Part shown: one piece after another, positions 1 to 12,885 of the stretch | Layout: the number at the start of each line of letters is the position of its first letter | Numbering within the stretch: the first letter of the stretch is position 1 | Assembly (NCBI RefSeq): GCF_009914755.1 | Contig: NC_060942.1 | DNA from: the human T2T-CHM13v2.0 reference genome, Homo sapiens | Direction: 5' to 3' (one strand) | Length of the DNA: 64,000 nucleotides | Program-made: the position numbers and the translations under genes | Notes under the pieces: generated by a model | Seen by the model: only the letters and a program-made list of their open reading frames with translations | Database searches by the model: none | What the model was told of the DNA's origin: nothing

Positions 1-1260
1 CGGCAGACCTGTTTGCTGCTTTTTAGCTGTGTTAAAACTTGGTCTACAAAATATTCTATATAACATGAGGAAGGAAATGACATTCCCCTTTTTCATTTAA
101 GAAGGAAATATTGGGCATTAATTCTCAGTATTCTTTATGAAGTGAAAACTTTAAAATGAAATCACAATAGAGGCTTTTTTTTGTTTTTTGTCTTTCTCCT
201 TTCAGCATTTCTGTACCAAGCGAGGCTTGGGGCGTGACCTCGTCCTCCCTGCATCGTCCTGGCTGGTACAATCCACGCTGGGACCCGGGGAGAGGGCCCT
301 ACTTGGAGAGGGTTCTCATTCCTCCTGTGCCATGTAAAATCTGCTTTCCCATCTGTAGGAAGAGGGTAGAATTTGATGACATTCAAATCCTTTTCAGTTG
401 TAAAATTCCATGTTTTTTTTTTTAAAGAACTACCACTAATGTACATCTTTCTCTTTACCCAAAAATAATCATGAAAAAAATTGATGGTATTTATATAGAG
501 AGAGAAAATATGAGTTATTACCTAAAAATATTCTCCCATAGATATGAAAAATCAATTACAAATAAATTTGCTAAAGAAACTACATGGAATCATTTTTGGA
601 TCATGAAAAATGTGTTTGTATCTTTTATAAGAAAAAGCCATTGAACTTATTGATGTTAAAAATGCAACTATACTTGGTAAAATAAAATCAAGCTGTGAAC
701 TGATGCTTACTGCATATTCTGTTAGATAAGAGGTGTTAGAAACATATTTGATTTTTCCATGAGTCCTGCACACAAGTACACGCACAGCCCCTTATTACAG
801 CACTATATATTCAAAAGAGTATGCAATTGAAAACAATGTGGTTTTTTTTCTTGTTGTTCCTTAGTAGAATATCAGAGAGCCTAAACTATGAACATTGGTG
901 TTACTGTCCTGATTTCTACCACCGTCTGCATCTTTGGCCTGTTTTCATTGGAAGTATCATAGATTGTCATTTGGACAGACCATTCCTAGCGAATACTGGC
1001 CTTTCGCGGAGCTTGGAAAACCCTGTGGGAAAATCAGAAAGCTGGTAAGATAAGAGGAAGAAGAGATGTCACGGTGTCAGATTATGTTTGTATTCTGTTC
1101 TGTCCAAAGTTCTTTACATCAGTAAATGAAAAACAAAACAAATGATGCATAGGCCACGCCCTGCAGTGAAAGATGCAAGAACTTGTTCATATTGGTATGA
1201 ATCGTTCACTGTATATGATTCAAACATGTGGAAATAAATGTTTGATTACAGTCGTTCCAA
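1..1260 (+). other. Probable distal 3'UTR of an upstream gene
   Basis: AT-rich, no recognisable repeats, U-rich tracts and several TGTA motifs, ending in a canonical poly(A) cassette; no credible ORF. Confidence 0.5.
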
Positions 1261-1275
1261 ATGTGATTATTTGTG
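1210..1275 (+). terminator. Cleavage/polyadenylation signal
   Basis: TGTA at 1210, AATAAA at 1233-1238, CA dinucleotides at ~1249-1259, GU/U-rich ATGTGATTATTTGTG at 1261-1275. Confidence 0.55.
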
Positions 1276-3610
1276 AACATGGGAAATGGGTAACCCTTCC
1301 CCCATACTTTCTAAGTTGGTATGATGCACCTATTTTAAATTACAGAATGATCTATAAACTAGAATTTTTACAGAAAAGTGTAAATTATTTCCTTCATTCC
1401 TCGTGGTTATTTTAGGTATGACTAATTCCATTTTGTGTTCCTTCTAGCTTAATTAAAGAACATCTGAATTTTAATGCCAATACCTTTTTACAAATAGGGA
1501 TAAAATATCTAAATGACAAAATCATTTTTATAACTGACAAGGTCTTTTAATGTTTCTGTTATTTGATTTTTTTTCTCTTTGCCGTATCAAGGACGGTTTA
1601 AGAACAGCTCCCGTTGTGACCTCAATTTACCCAGAAGAAACATGCCTGCCCCCCGTCACGCCGCTGCTGCAGCAGAACAAGCAGGCCTGGAAAAACATTT
1701 TCCATGTCAAATGGTGACAGTCTCATGAATACACAATTAGAAAGTGTAGAAAGACTTCCCCACACATTGAGATCATTTAAGGAAGATTTTGCACATAAGC
1801 CTCTCACCCTTGTTTGTTTTTCTTTGTGATTTTTAGTAACAGAGCATCACACTCCACCATGAAATACAGCTGACAGGTCTGTGGAACTGCACAGCTTCAG
1901 CCTACTTAAAATGTTAGGTTTGGAACCATCAAGAAAAATTTTGCAACCCAGACCCTTTATATTTGGGATTCTTAAAAATCCTACTGGTAATTCAAGAGCT
2001 GGGTACTGTTAAAGCATATTCTTCTAAAGATAAACAATGCAGTTATTATTGGCCATTATAGACACATGCTGAGTAGTAAGTTGAATAATCAGCCTATAAT
2101 TTCACCCAAGAAACTACTAGATCTTTATTTATTATTGAGAAATAGAGTGCATAAACCTCAGATGTTAATTCGGGACTGTAGGTAATTTGGGCAAATGAAC
2201 TTTTATTAATAAATATTTGTAAGTAATTAGTTTTTCCCAAGCAAAACTCTAAACATATTCTCATCTCAGAACATGTTATAGGATCTGAAAATAAAATCTA
2301 ACCTGTTGTTGAAGTTAATGAATCCCCCACCTCATTCATTCGGCACGAATTCCTTGCCTAAAGACCCTGTGTATGTATTCACGTGTGCGTTGCCGTCTCT
2401 CACTGAGAAGTTATCTCATGGCTTGGTTACTCTGTTCTTTCAATTTATGTTTTAACCTTGACACTGCCACCTCCATCACCGTCTGCTGAAGAGTAGCTGT
2501 AGACCAAGTTTTAAATTACAACAATAATGTGGTTATTTTCAAGGATGGTCCCTGAGACCAAGCTCTGAACCCAATAACCTTTTCCTTCCACTGGCCTGAA
2601 TTAGTCTTAGTTTTAGAAACACTCAGTTGTCTCTGAAAAACTGAAAATCATGGCTAGACTTAGTATTTAGCTGAAGGCAAACTGAAGATTTTCTCAAAAG
2701 CCCTGAAAAGGGGACCTGACAGAGGAGTTCGTGTCCTCACGTCCTCCCTGGGCTCGGGTGTCAACTTGGCACAAACCAACCATTGTCAGTGGGCTCAGAC
2801 CTTGTCCTGGTGGGTGCACAGCAAATTCACGAGTGCACGTGGTGCCCTCCATACGTAGGCATTGGTACACCAGCTGAAAAGTGTGTGTGTGAGACAGACC
2901 ACACGTGTTTGCTGCCTGCCTTAGGGATCGATGCCTATTGCTCCAGGATCGATCTGATCGCAACCACAAATACTAAAGGATTGGCCAAGTCAAAGCTCAA
3001 TTTGCCCACAGTGTGTGGCTGATGGAATCTAACTCGATTGGCTCTGGGAGTGTTAAATGAATAATTATAAGCCACATAAAAGTAATAAATGCATGGAAAT
3101 AATATTTGTAACCACAGGGGCAAAAAGCATCACCACACCCAGATAGCTCATCTTTGAAGGAACCAGAAGGAGAACATGGGCATCAGAAGGTCTTGCAGAA
3201 AGGGGGTATTTCCTGCCTTTTGATAAAAGTTCACTTCAAAAAAGCTTCTTAACTCCCAATCTTTATCTTGCAAAATTGTTCAGAACTACTTTTAATTATT
3301 TTAACCTTCATTATAATATTTAATCGAAATTTCTACTTTATTATAAGCTGTGTGGACAAGAAAGAGTGACTATTTGAAGTAACAATCAACTGTCTAAGAG
3401 GAGGTGCACTTAGCTCAGCAAATGTCCAATTGTCCAGAATAACAAGTTAAACTTTTTAAGTAGAAAATAATGCTGAGCTTAATTATTTTATTAATGCATA
3501 CTCCCTGACATCAGAAAATCCTAGCTTTTCTAAACTTCACAGACACAGATGAAACATTTGACATATGTTTGCAAGGCTGGCTTAATTATTATTATATTAG
3601 AAAATATTCA

Positions 3611-3778
3611 ATACAAAAATTAGCCGAGCCTGTAATCCCAGCTACTCAGGAGGCTGAGGCAGGAGAATTGCTTGAACTCGGGAGCAGAGGTTGCCGTGAG
3701 CTGCGATCACACCACTGCACTCCAGCCTGGGTCACAGGGTGAGACTCCATCTCAGAAAAAAAAAAAAAAAGAAAAAAA
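3611..3778 (+). mobile_element. Alu, right arm only (5'-truncated)
   Basis: AATACAAAAATTAGCC linker, CCTGTAATCCCAGCTACTCAGGAGGCTGAGGCAGGAGAAT, poly(A) tail. Confidence 0.95.
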
Positions 3779-3952
3779 ATTCTCTATTTCACAAGCATTT
3801 AAATAATTGTGTGTTTGATATTACTCGTGTTTCCCATGCTTTTGTAATTAGAGAGATGGAGCTTTTCTCTTGATGTGTTGGAATTCCATCCGCAGAAGGC
3901 TACGTGTTGCAGAGACACTTCTGGAATACTCAATTCACTGATGCGAATATAA

Positions 3953-4246
<294 letters not shown>

Positions 4247-4299
4247 AAGATGTGGCAGAATAAGTCCTCTGGCAACACGAACGCCAGGCTTCCTGAAGC

Positions 4300-5420
4300 C
4301 ACAGGTGAGGGGAAGGAGCCTGCCGGGTGGGCAGCCGTTTCTCGGGCTGTGCTGTGGCCTGCGCCGGGCCTGGCTTCGAGGCCGAGTTCCGATCCAGTGG
4401 CGAGCTAGCAGGGGTCGGTCCGCTTTTGACAGTCCCTTCTTAGGTAAGTCCCCGAGTCTCGCAGCGGCCTTGCTTCTTCACGAGCGCTCACGCATGTGTC
4501 TCCGCACGAAGCCACGGAGGCCGGCGGAGCAGAGGGAAGTCAGCAGACGCTCCTGAGTCCCCTCCCCAGGCTTTCTGGGGACCGGGACTCTGGGGCAGAG
4601 CTCCGAGCCCTGGGCCAGCCCCGAAAGCAGATGCCCCTGCAGCCCACGTGCAGCCCTCAGTGACCCCGACCCCAAGGCTCTCGTGGGGGTGGAGGGCGCG
4701 TGGGCTCCGGAGGCGTCGAGCACCGGCCAGGGCGGAGGGCAGCTCCTCCCCTCCCAGGTGCGCAGCCGTCGCGCCGCAGGGAAGCCTGTGACCTCGGCTG
4801 TCGGTGCCAGGATGGTTCCTGCAGGCGTGTCCGGGGTGAGCCCTCACTCTGGCTGCAGAGCCCGTTCGATCCAGGCCCTGCGCCGCGACATGGAATGAAC
4901 CGCGGGGGACCGAGGCGCCGCCCTGGGAGGGAAGACCCGGCCCTGGGAGCGGGGCCCATCCTCGGGGCCCAGGGCGAGCACTGCGCAGGGACGGCCTCTG
5001 CCACCCCCAGGCATGTCCCCTGGCCGGCACGATGGCTCCTCGCCAACTGTAAAGGCAACGCTGCCTCCAGACCGCCAGAATTTCGGCCACAGTCAGCACC
5101 CGATGAGCCCCGCGGGGCAGCGTGCGGCCGTGGCTTCTCACCGTGCTGCGGGGCTGCGGGTCCCGGGTGGGCCCATTGCCCGGTCACACTCGGATCTTGG
5201 AATAAAATGTGGGCGTCCATGTGAGGCCGAAGCAGTGGCTGTGACGCCCCACGCGGGGTGCGATCTCTGCGGGAGCCGGCCGCACGCTGACCCGGGCCCG
5301 CCCTTCTGTGCTGACCCGGAGCCGCCGGCCTCCCTGGGATGTCATTTTAGCACGTGAGGCTCAACCTCTTTTCCGTTCGGTCCCACACGGCACCAGGTTG
5401 CGACTCACGGTTGTATTTTA
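4300..5420. promoter_or_regulatory. CpG island (orphan; possible promoter/enhancer)
   Basis: Sharp rise in GC content and CpG density over ~1.1 kb; donor-like TAG|GTAAGT at 4443/4444. Confidence 0.8.
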
Positions 5421-5859
5421 AATAACGTCTCTCTCCTGTTCCAGTTCCACAGGCTCAGGAGGCTGTCCCCGCACGCAGGTCTGGGCACCCAGGCCACTGC
5501 TGAGCCCTTCCTTTTGGGGGGACACAGAATCACAGCAAAACTCTCCCGTGGCGCGGTCACCCCAACAGCTCCACGTGGGGGTCAAGTCTGAAGGGTCAGC
5601 CTCCTAAGCCCTAGGCTAGTCAGCTGTGATGACCCAATGGGACTGCGGAGTTGGGTCCAGAATTAACCTAACAGTTAAAGGTACACCTCACAGCTTAGAG
5701 GGAAGGGTTCCCGCAGGAAACTTGGCCCACCTCTCTGCAGGCCCATCGGATCAGAATGTCCAAGGGCAGCCCACGTGTTGATCAGTGTGAGGCCAGGATT
5801 TAAAACCGCTGGTCTGCACTGGACTTAGTGCTGTGACATCGGCACAGGGCCCTGGCCAT

Positions 5860-5975
5860 GCGTCAGATGCAGATTCCAGTTCTCCAGGTCTGGGTGGGGC
5901 TGGGACTCTGTAAGTCTGACAAGATCCCAGGCGGCTGGTACAGCTGCTTCTGGTCTTGGGACCACTTTAAGGAAG
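5860..5975. mobile_element. MER5-like hAT-Charlie DNA transposon fragment
   Basis: ATGCAGATTCC...GGTCTGGGTGGGGC...CAAGATCCCAGG...GGGACCACTTT resembles the MER5A consensus. Confidence 0.6.
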
Positions 5976-6091
5976 CTTTGAACAGTGCTTAAAGAGGGAG
6001 CTGGCCCTGTGCTGTGATGAAGTAGAAGTATGTCTCCAGTGCTGCCCAAGGCACCCAGTGTCCTTATGTCCTTTTATCCGAGGCCCTTGTT

Positions 6092-6490
6092 CTATCAGTA
6101 AAGTTTGCATTTGACTACAAAGAATGGAAACCCCATATCATAGCTTCAGTCGGAGTTTGTTTTTCTCACATAACTCGAAGTCCAGAGCGAGGGGGTTGCT
6201 GGGGATGACTCAGCACCTCACGGACACCCCCACAGGCATTAGTGTGTGGGTTGTTCTCACGCTGCTCCCCACGTGACCACAGGATGGCTGCTGCAGACCC
6301 AGCCATTGCATTCACGCTCCCTCAGAAAGAGAAAAGAACGAGGGCACCAGGCCTGGAAGCCAATCCTATCTCTTGATCAGAAGAGTGAAAGCTTTTCTGG
6401 AAAAACCCCATTCAGCTGACTTCTGCTTAGGTTTCTTGGACCTACACTGTGTCCTGGGGCGACTCCCAGCTGAGAAGTGAGCCAGAAAGG
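6092..6490 (-). mobile_element. Old MaLR LTR (MLT1J/K/L-like)
   Basis: TTTTTCTCACATAAC..AAGTCCAG, AGGATGGCTGCTGCAG..CCAGCCATT, GACTTCTGCTT motifs typical of old MLT1. Confidence 0.55.
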
Positions 6491-6624
6491 CTCACTATCA
6501 AAAGAAAAAGAGCAAAAGAAAAAGAGGAGAGGTAGAAGAGATTAAAACTTCTGGCAGATTGGCTTCCCAGAAGCCGAACTTCTGTAAAGTTTGAAGAATA
6601 TTTCTGCATTTATAACACTCATAT

Positions 6625-6690
6625 CAGTTCATCAACAAATATTTACTGGACACTTGTTACGTGCAAGGCTTTGCGGCTGGCTCCACTAAG
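6625..6690 (-). mobile_element. L2 3' end fragment
   Basis: TTCATCAACAAATATTTACTGGACACTTGTTACGTGCAAGGC resembles the L2 tail. Confidence 0.5.
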
Positions 6691-9600
6691 GTGAGAACCT
6701 ATATATGTTCCCACAGATTACACACAAGGCGTTGAATTGAACGCCCGATTCTATTCAATGGAGGAGAAGAGTCGTCGGCCATGCAGTGGCTCATCCTGGG
6801 GCCCTCTGGCTTCCTGCCCTGAGCCTCTGTGCCGCCAGCCTCACGCATGCCTGGCCAACAGGACCTGTTCAGCCCTCTCCATGCTGCCCGAGGCTGCTTC
6901 CTGCCAACCCCGTGAACTAAGTGGGTTAGTGGGCATCATGCTAATCCTAGACGGCCTGGGCTCTGATCAGAGAGTCCTCTGTTTAGTTTCTAGCTTTTAC
7001 TCGCACAGCTTTTACCCACAGGCCGTTGCCTGTGCTCTCTGAATCTCAAAAGCGGGGTTTGTGAAGTGGAACCCAGGGGTCCGCCTTGCCGGGCTTCTGA
7101 AACGGTCACCAGCCTGACGCCATCCATTCCTGAGGGCTCCCTCTGCCCAGAATGCCTCCCCCGGCTCTTTCAGGCACCCATCCCTCCTAAAGGGAACCAT
7201 CGGCCATGTGTAAGCGGAGCAACGAGGAGACCAGATCCGCAGTCCAGAGATACTGCTCCAGCAACCCGGTCAATGTGTGGGAGGGAAGCGGGCGGTGGGC
7301 TCTGCACCGTCCATGGCTGGCTCCGGGCGACTTCCAGCAGAGCCAGCTAAGTGAGGCAGCCTGAGGCATGGGGCCAGGGCACAGCACCCCACAGACTCCA
7401 GACCCCGACCCCAAAGTTAGGGCTGAGGCTCAGCCTCGCCAGGGGGCCAGGGGATGCTGCAGCCTTTGGGGGAGTTAAATTTGATAATGGGGGTAGAGTG
7501 AAGCCATCACACTCTGAGCTCTGATGCAGATAGCCACAGGCAGGCCCAGGACTGGAGCCAGGACCAGCAGGACAAAGCCACTCCAGTGGCCTGTCTGCAG
7601 GGTGAAGGGGCCACTGGGCCACCTTTCGCTCCAGAAAGCGATATGCGAGGTGGTTGCAAACGGTCCCGCTTCTGGATGATGCTCCCGCCACTCCCTGGCC
7701 TGTGTCTGCACACTGTCCATGTATTCCATCTTCCTCATCAGAGGAGCCCGCGTGGCCCACTGCGGGATACTCACCTTGCCAACCGCTGTGGGCCAGGGTC
7801 GTGTTAACACCCGAGAGATGCTTCGGACGCAGGCCTGCGTGTTAGTTGAATTATCCTACGCGTGATTATGTGAATTGTGTATCACAAGGGAAATATATGT
7901 ACGTTCTCACCTTCGTGGAGGCAGCCGCAAAGCCTTGCCCGTAACAAGGGTCCAATGAATAGTTGTTGATAAGCTGATATTTGTGTTATAAATGCAGAAA
8001 TATTCTCTGAATTTCACAGAAATCTGGCTGAAGAGGGAAGCCAGTCCACCAGGGAACTTTAATCTCTTCCACCTCTCCTCTTTCTCTTCTTTTAATAGTA
8101 ATTATTGACAGGGAATGCTGAATGGTTTTCTGCGGTCACATTCCCGTGTTCAGTTTAATGATATGGGGAACTGCAGATGGAGGTGAGGATAACTTGAAAA
8201 GAAAGGGTATTATTGGTAAATGCGCTGGAAGCCTTGCAAATTTGAGAGGATAAATTGAAATTTTACAGGACTAATGAGTTTTTGAAAACTGTTAGCCAGG
8301 CTTGTCCAAACCTTTCTCTCCCTATTTAAGATTTTCTAAATTAGAAACTCAGAAATTTCAGTAGCTGTTTTGGTCCTGGAATGAATAAACAGCCCAAGTA
8401 GATGGTGTGTTTCCATTTGTTAAACGTACACTGTATCTTGCTTCCATTGTAATCATAGAGCATTATTCTTACTGCAATTAATAGTCTGTTCAGAGCACCT
8501 GCTTTGTGGAGCCAAGATCTAGATACTTTGCAACCATCGCTGGAATTCAGCTGTCAACAGGGACTGAATTCTAGGCATTTACATTTAATTTTCATATGCA
8601 CTATGGTATCCTGGAACATTTCCATATGAACCTAAAATTAAAATTTGAAGCAAATGCAATATATTTCTGAAATCATTCTTGGTTCTAGGAGTTTATAACC
8701 CAGTGGTTATTAGAATCTTGAGTCTGATTCTTGGGCTTAAGCCTTAGTGTCAAATTTGAATTTGGATTCATCATTGAATTGTCACGGACCTACAGCCACA
8801 TTTAAAAATCTTTGAATCCAAAGGGTTGCTTGTAACGGTGAACCTTTATACACTTTGAGCTGTGAAAGTGACCTTTATTTTTATTACTATCATCAACCAT
8901 TTCATCGGATGCCACTGTCAACTGGCTTAAATATTATTTGCCTCAGTGTATGTAAGCCCTAGGGAATTGTTATCCCCATTCATCAGCTGAGATTGTATTT
9001 TACTTAGCATTTATATCCTTCCATTATGTAACATTATGTAGCTGAATGTAAGGAATATGCTAACTATCCTTAAATATAATTTTCCTCCTAAGCAGATCAT
9101 ATGAGATTATTCTGCCTCTTGCAAAAACTCCTCTGTTAAATATTTTATCTCATTGCCTAGAAATATTCTTAAATATGATACAGATAAATCAAAAAAATTA
9201 AGTTGCTCACAGTTTTATTGGCAATAATGTGAGAAATAATTATAAATTCTAAGTTGTGGGGTTTTTGCTGTTGTGGTTTATTTATTTGTTTCCCATATCA
9301 AAATTTACAGCGATATTTTATTAACATGTTAGAAATCTTTCAGACTACCAATAAAACTTTAATCCATATCATCGTTTCCTATTGACTTTAAAGCTAGAGT
9401 AATTTATCCTGAAATTTTTATCTATCATCTTCAGAATAAGCGGTTTGTATAGATGTCGCTGTCTCTCTTTTCAACTGAAACTGCACCCTCGTTCTGTTAC
9501 ATTTGTGATGAAAGAGAGTTAAGGGTTTCTAGCTAAGTGGCAGTTTTCAAAATGTGGGTCACAGCTCATTTGTGGGTCATGAGATCAGCTTAGCGGCTCT

Positions 9601-9864
9601 AAACCAGTCTTGTGGGGTTTTTTTTTTTTTGTTTTTTTCTTTTTTAATGAAAGAAAATCGAGTAGGAAGTGTCAGGCTTTGCGGCAAATTGAAAGCGTGA
9701 GTCCCGGTTGATGTTCCTGCATGGGTGTGGCTGGGCTGTCCATGTGAAGTGGGTCATGACCAAACCGTTTGAAAAACATCGCTGTATGGATGCATCTTTT
9801 CCTTTGCGTCTTTCTTTTCTTTTCTCTCTTCTGCTTTGAGCCATCACCTTGCTTAGGAAGGATT

Positions 9865-10000
9865 CACGGCTCGGGGTATGAAGCTGACGTCAGATTGCCA
9901 GGATTCAGATTTGAGCTCTGTCATTTCCCTCATCTGGGAAATGGGCATAAGGACACTGCCAGCTTCACAGACTCCTTGTGCGGGTGACACTCGTGGAAGG
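9865..10000 (+). mobile_element. MIR, left part (interrupted by Tigger3)
   Basis: GTCAGATTGCCAGGATTCAGAT...TTTCCCTCATCTGGGAAATGGGCATAA MIR core. Confidence 0.55.
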
Positions 10001-11138
10001 GAGCCGCGTGCCGGGTGACAGCGGCATAGTCAACAGCAGATCACACGTTCCCCGCTGGGCCCATCAGATCACAGTGGAGCTGGAAACTCCCCATTGCCTG
10101 GTGATGCTGGGACCGCCGCATGTAGCACAAAGGGTGACTCACATGTGTGTGGAGATGCTGGTGTACACAAGCAGACTGCACTGCCGGTCTGTGAAAGTCC
10201 AGCACACACAGCTGTGTCCAGTACATGATGCTCCATAGTCATAATAAAAAGCATTGTTCTGCTTTATGTACTTACTATACTTTTTATTGTTATTTTAGAG
10301 TGTTCCTTCTACTTACGTATGTCTATATAAAAAGGTAACCGGAAAACGGCTTCAGGCAGGTCCACCAGGAAGTGTCCAGCATAAGGCATTGTTGTCACAG
10401 GAGAGGACAGCTCCGTGCGTGTTATGGCCCCAGGAGACCTCCCAGTGGGATGAGATGTGGAGGCAGAGGCCATGATACTGATGATCCTGACCCTGTATAG
10501 GCCAAGGCTAATGTGTGTGTTTGTGTCTTAGTTTTTAACAAAAAATTTGAAAACTTTAAAAAAAATTAACTAGAAAAAAGCCGATAGAATAAGGATATAA
10601 AGAAAGGAAATATTTTTGTACAGCTGTACAATGTGTTTATCTTTTAAGCTGTTATTACAAGCTCCAAAAAGTGTTTTTAAATTAAAAAGTTTATAAAGTA
10701 AAAATGTTACAGTAAGCTAAAGTTTATCTAATGAGCTGAGCGTAGCCTAAGTGTGCAGTGTTTATAAAGTCTACAGCCACGTCCACACCCTCACTCACAA
10801 CTCACCCAAGGCAGCCCCCAGTCCTGCAGGCCGTGTTCATGGTCCGTGCCCTATGCAGTGTATCATTTTTTATCCTATCTACGGTTTTTACTGCACCTTT
10901 TCCACATTTAGGTATGTTTAGGTGCATAATACTTACCATTGTGTTACAATTGCCTGCAGTACTCAGTTCAGGCAGTGCATGTCTGCAGCCCTGGGCCATG
11001 GGCCATGCTTGCAGCCTTGGTGTGTATAGGCTGCACTGCCCAGGTTTGGGTAAGGACACTCTGTGTTGACCCCACAAGGACAAATCGCCTAATGACCGAT
11101 TTGTCAGAACACACCCTCATTATTAAGTGATGCCTGAC
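10001..11138 (+). mobile_element. Tigger3b-like (Golem) Tc1/mariner non-autonomous DNA transposon, near full length
   Basis: Diagnostic internal motifs (CAGGCAGGTCC..CAGGAAG..TCCAG..AAGGCATTGTT, AGAATAAGGATATAAAGAAA, TTTTTGTACAGCTGTACAATGTG); degenerate 3' TIR TTAAGTGATGCCTGACT. Confidence 0.85.
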
Positions 11139-11200
11139 TCTTTATGAAGTGCTCAGAGCAGTGGTTGTTATATAGTATTACATAAATGTTAGTGATAACT
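11139..11200 (+). mobile_element. MIR, right part
   Basis: TATGAAGTGCTCAGAGCAGTG...ATAAATGTTAG continues the MIR from 9865-10000. Confidence 0.45.
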
Positions 11201-11533
11201 TTATGCAACTCTTGAATCATCTATTGCACCAATATTTGCTAAGTTTCTTTTTTCATTGTTTCTCAATTTTTTTTACCATTTGCTCCATCCCTTAATTATG
11301 TGTCCTTCTTTCAACATTTTATGTTTTGGGTTTGGTTTCTAGACAAACATTTATATCCCTTCATATTAAAATTGTTTATATGGAAATAAAAATATTTGCA
11401 GTTCCAGATATAAAGGTTTATAAGGTATTATATAGTAAGTAACTCTCAATTGAATTTAAATCTATTGGAATAACTTAAGGAGGTTTTCAATTATGAAGAA
11501 TTCCCTGAATGCATGTATCACTAGTACAATATG

Positions 11534-11640
11534 GTGAAGGGTTTTAATCACACTGGTTTTGAATACAACAGTGAAGGGTTTTACTCACACTGGTTTTGAA
11601 TACAGTGGTGAAAGGTTTTAATCCCACTGGTTTTGAATCA
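11534..11640. repeat. 37-bp tandem repeat, ~3 copies
   Basis: GTGAAGGGTTTTAATCACACTGGTTTTGAATAC starting at 11534, 11571 and 11608. Confidence 0.95.
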
Positions 11641-12885
11641 TGAATGTACTTGGGGAAGGGTCATAAATGACTTGGTAAGAAAATGATGAAATGCAACAAT
11701 TTTTAAGGTGAGACACATGTAAGAATGAACATTGGGATCTTTTCTTGAGGTTTCTGGAGGGTTATTTATAATTCATACAGGAAAGGGCAGGTATAGCTAT
11801 TCCAAAGAAATAGAAAAACAAGGTGTAACCATCCAACCAGAGATGGTACAAAATTCCAAAAATAAATCACTGATTTTAAGAAAAGCGAAAATAAAGGGGA
11901 GGATTGTTACTCTCGGTAGTTCTGTCCTGCAAAAATGTTTAAGCTTTAAGAAGACAAACACAATCAAAACCATAATTTTGCACCCTTAACCAAGCAGAAA
12001 GCTGGAGGATTGCATTGAACACTCACAGGTGAGTGTCCTATCCCCATAAATGACTCTGGCTTCTGATACGGGGTCTTTTTAGCCATGGAGAAGGGAAGGT
12101 ATCACAATCTGGACGCCAAAGAATTAAAAACAGAATAATGTTGGAGGAGATATAAAATTGAGGAATCACCATCACTATACACAGCACAGCTCCCAAGTAA
12201 ACAATTGTCTGGGCAAATATGTACTTTTGATACTTCTGAAAACCCAGGAGAAGCACTTTCTGTAAATTGTGAAAGAATGTGTGTGCTGTTTGCCTATACA
12301 CACAGCATTTCCCACCCAAAGCTTTCTTTCCCTTTGTGCTGTAAATCCAGCTCAGTGCTGAAGAAGTCACTTCCACAGCCGAGATAAAATATTTATCTTC
12401 AGCAAAAAGGGCATAAACAATTGTTGAGGAAAATATACAATAAGTTCTTAAATGTCTGCATAATTGAAGCACTTAGGTGTGTTTTGGGTAATAGAAATAA
12501 TAGCAGAACCAAAACTCTTTTTATAAAGGTAACATTTTTCTTAAATGCCGAAAGCAAACTCTTGAAGTCCCATCAGCCTAGCGACAGTGAGAACCTTCCC
12601 GGGCTCCGGGACCCATGGCAGGAATGTGAAACTGTGCCAGGGCGAAGGACTTTCAACAGAAAGAAACACGCTGCTGAGGCAGCTGAACAGAGACTTTTAA
12701 CACAGGAAATGGTAACTCCATTTGCTCCAGATGCAGCGGGACAGACATCTGCCAGGCCCTGAGTTATGCCAGAGCATCTCCCGTGGAATGGACCAGGGTA
12801 TGCCTGCCACCTGCCCGACGGGTATTTGGTTCAAAGGCCACATTAGAAATGAACACCTAATTAATTGGATTTGGAAAAACCTGAG

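Noticed and set aside
4305-5357. Long overlapping ORFs (up to 217 aa) in the CpG island
   Set aside because: Stop-poor GC-rich DNA with ORFs in many frames on both strands, R/P/G/A-rich, no recognisable domain
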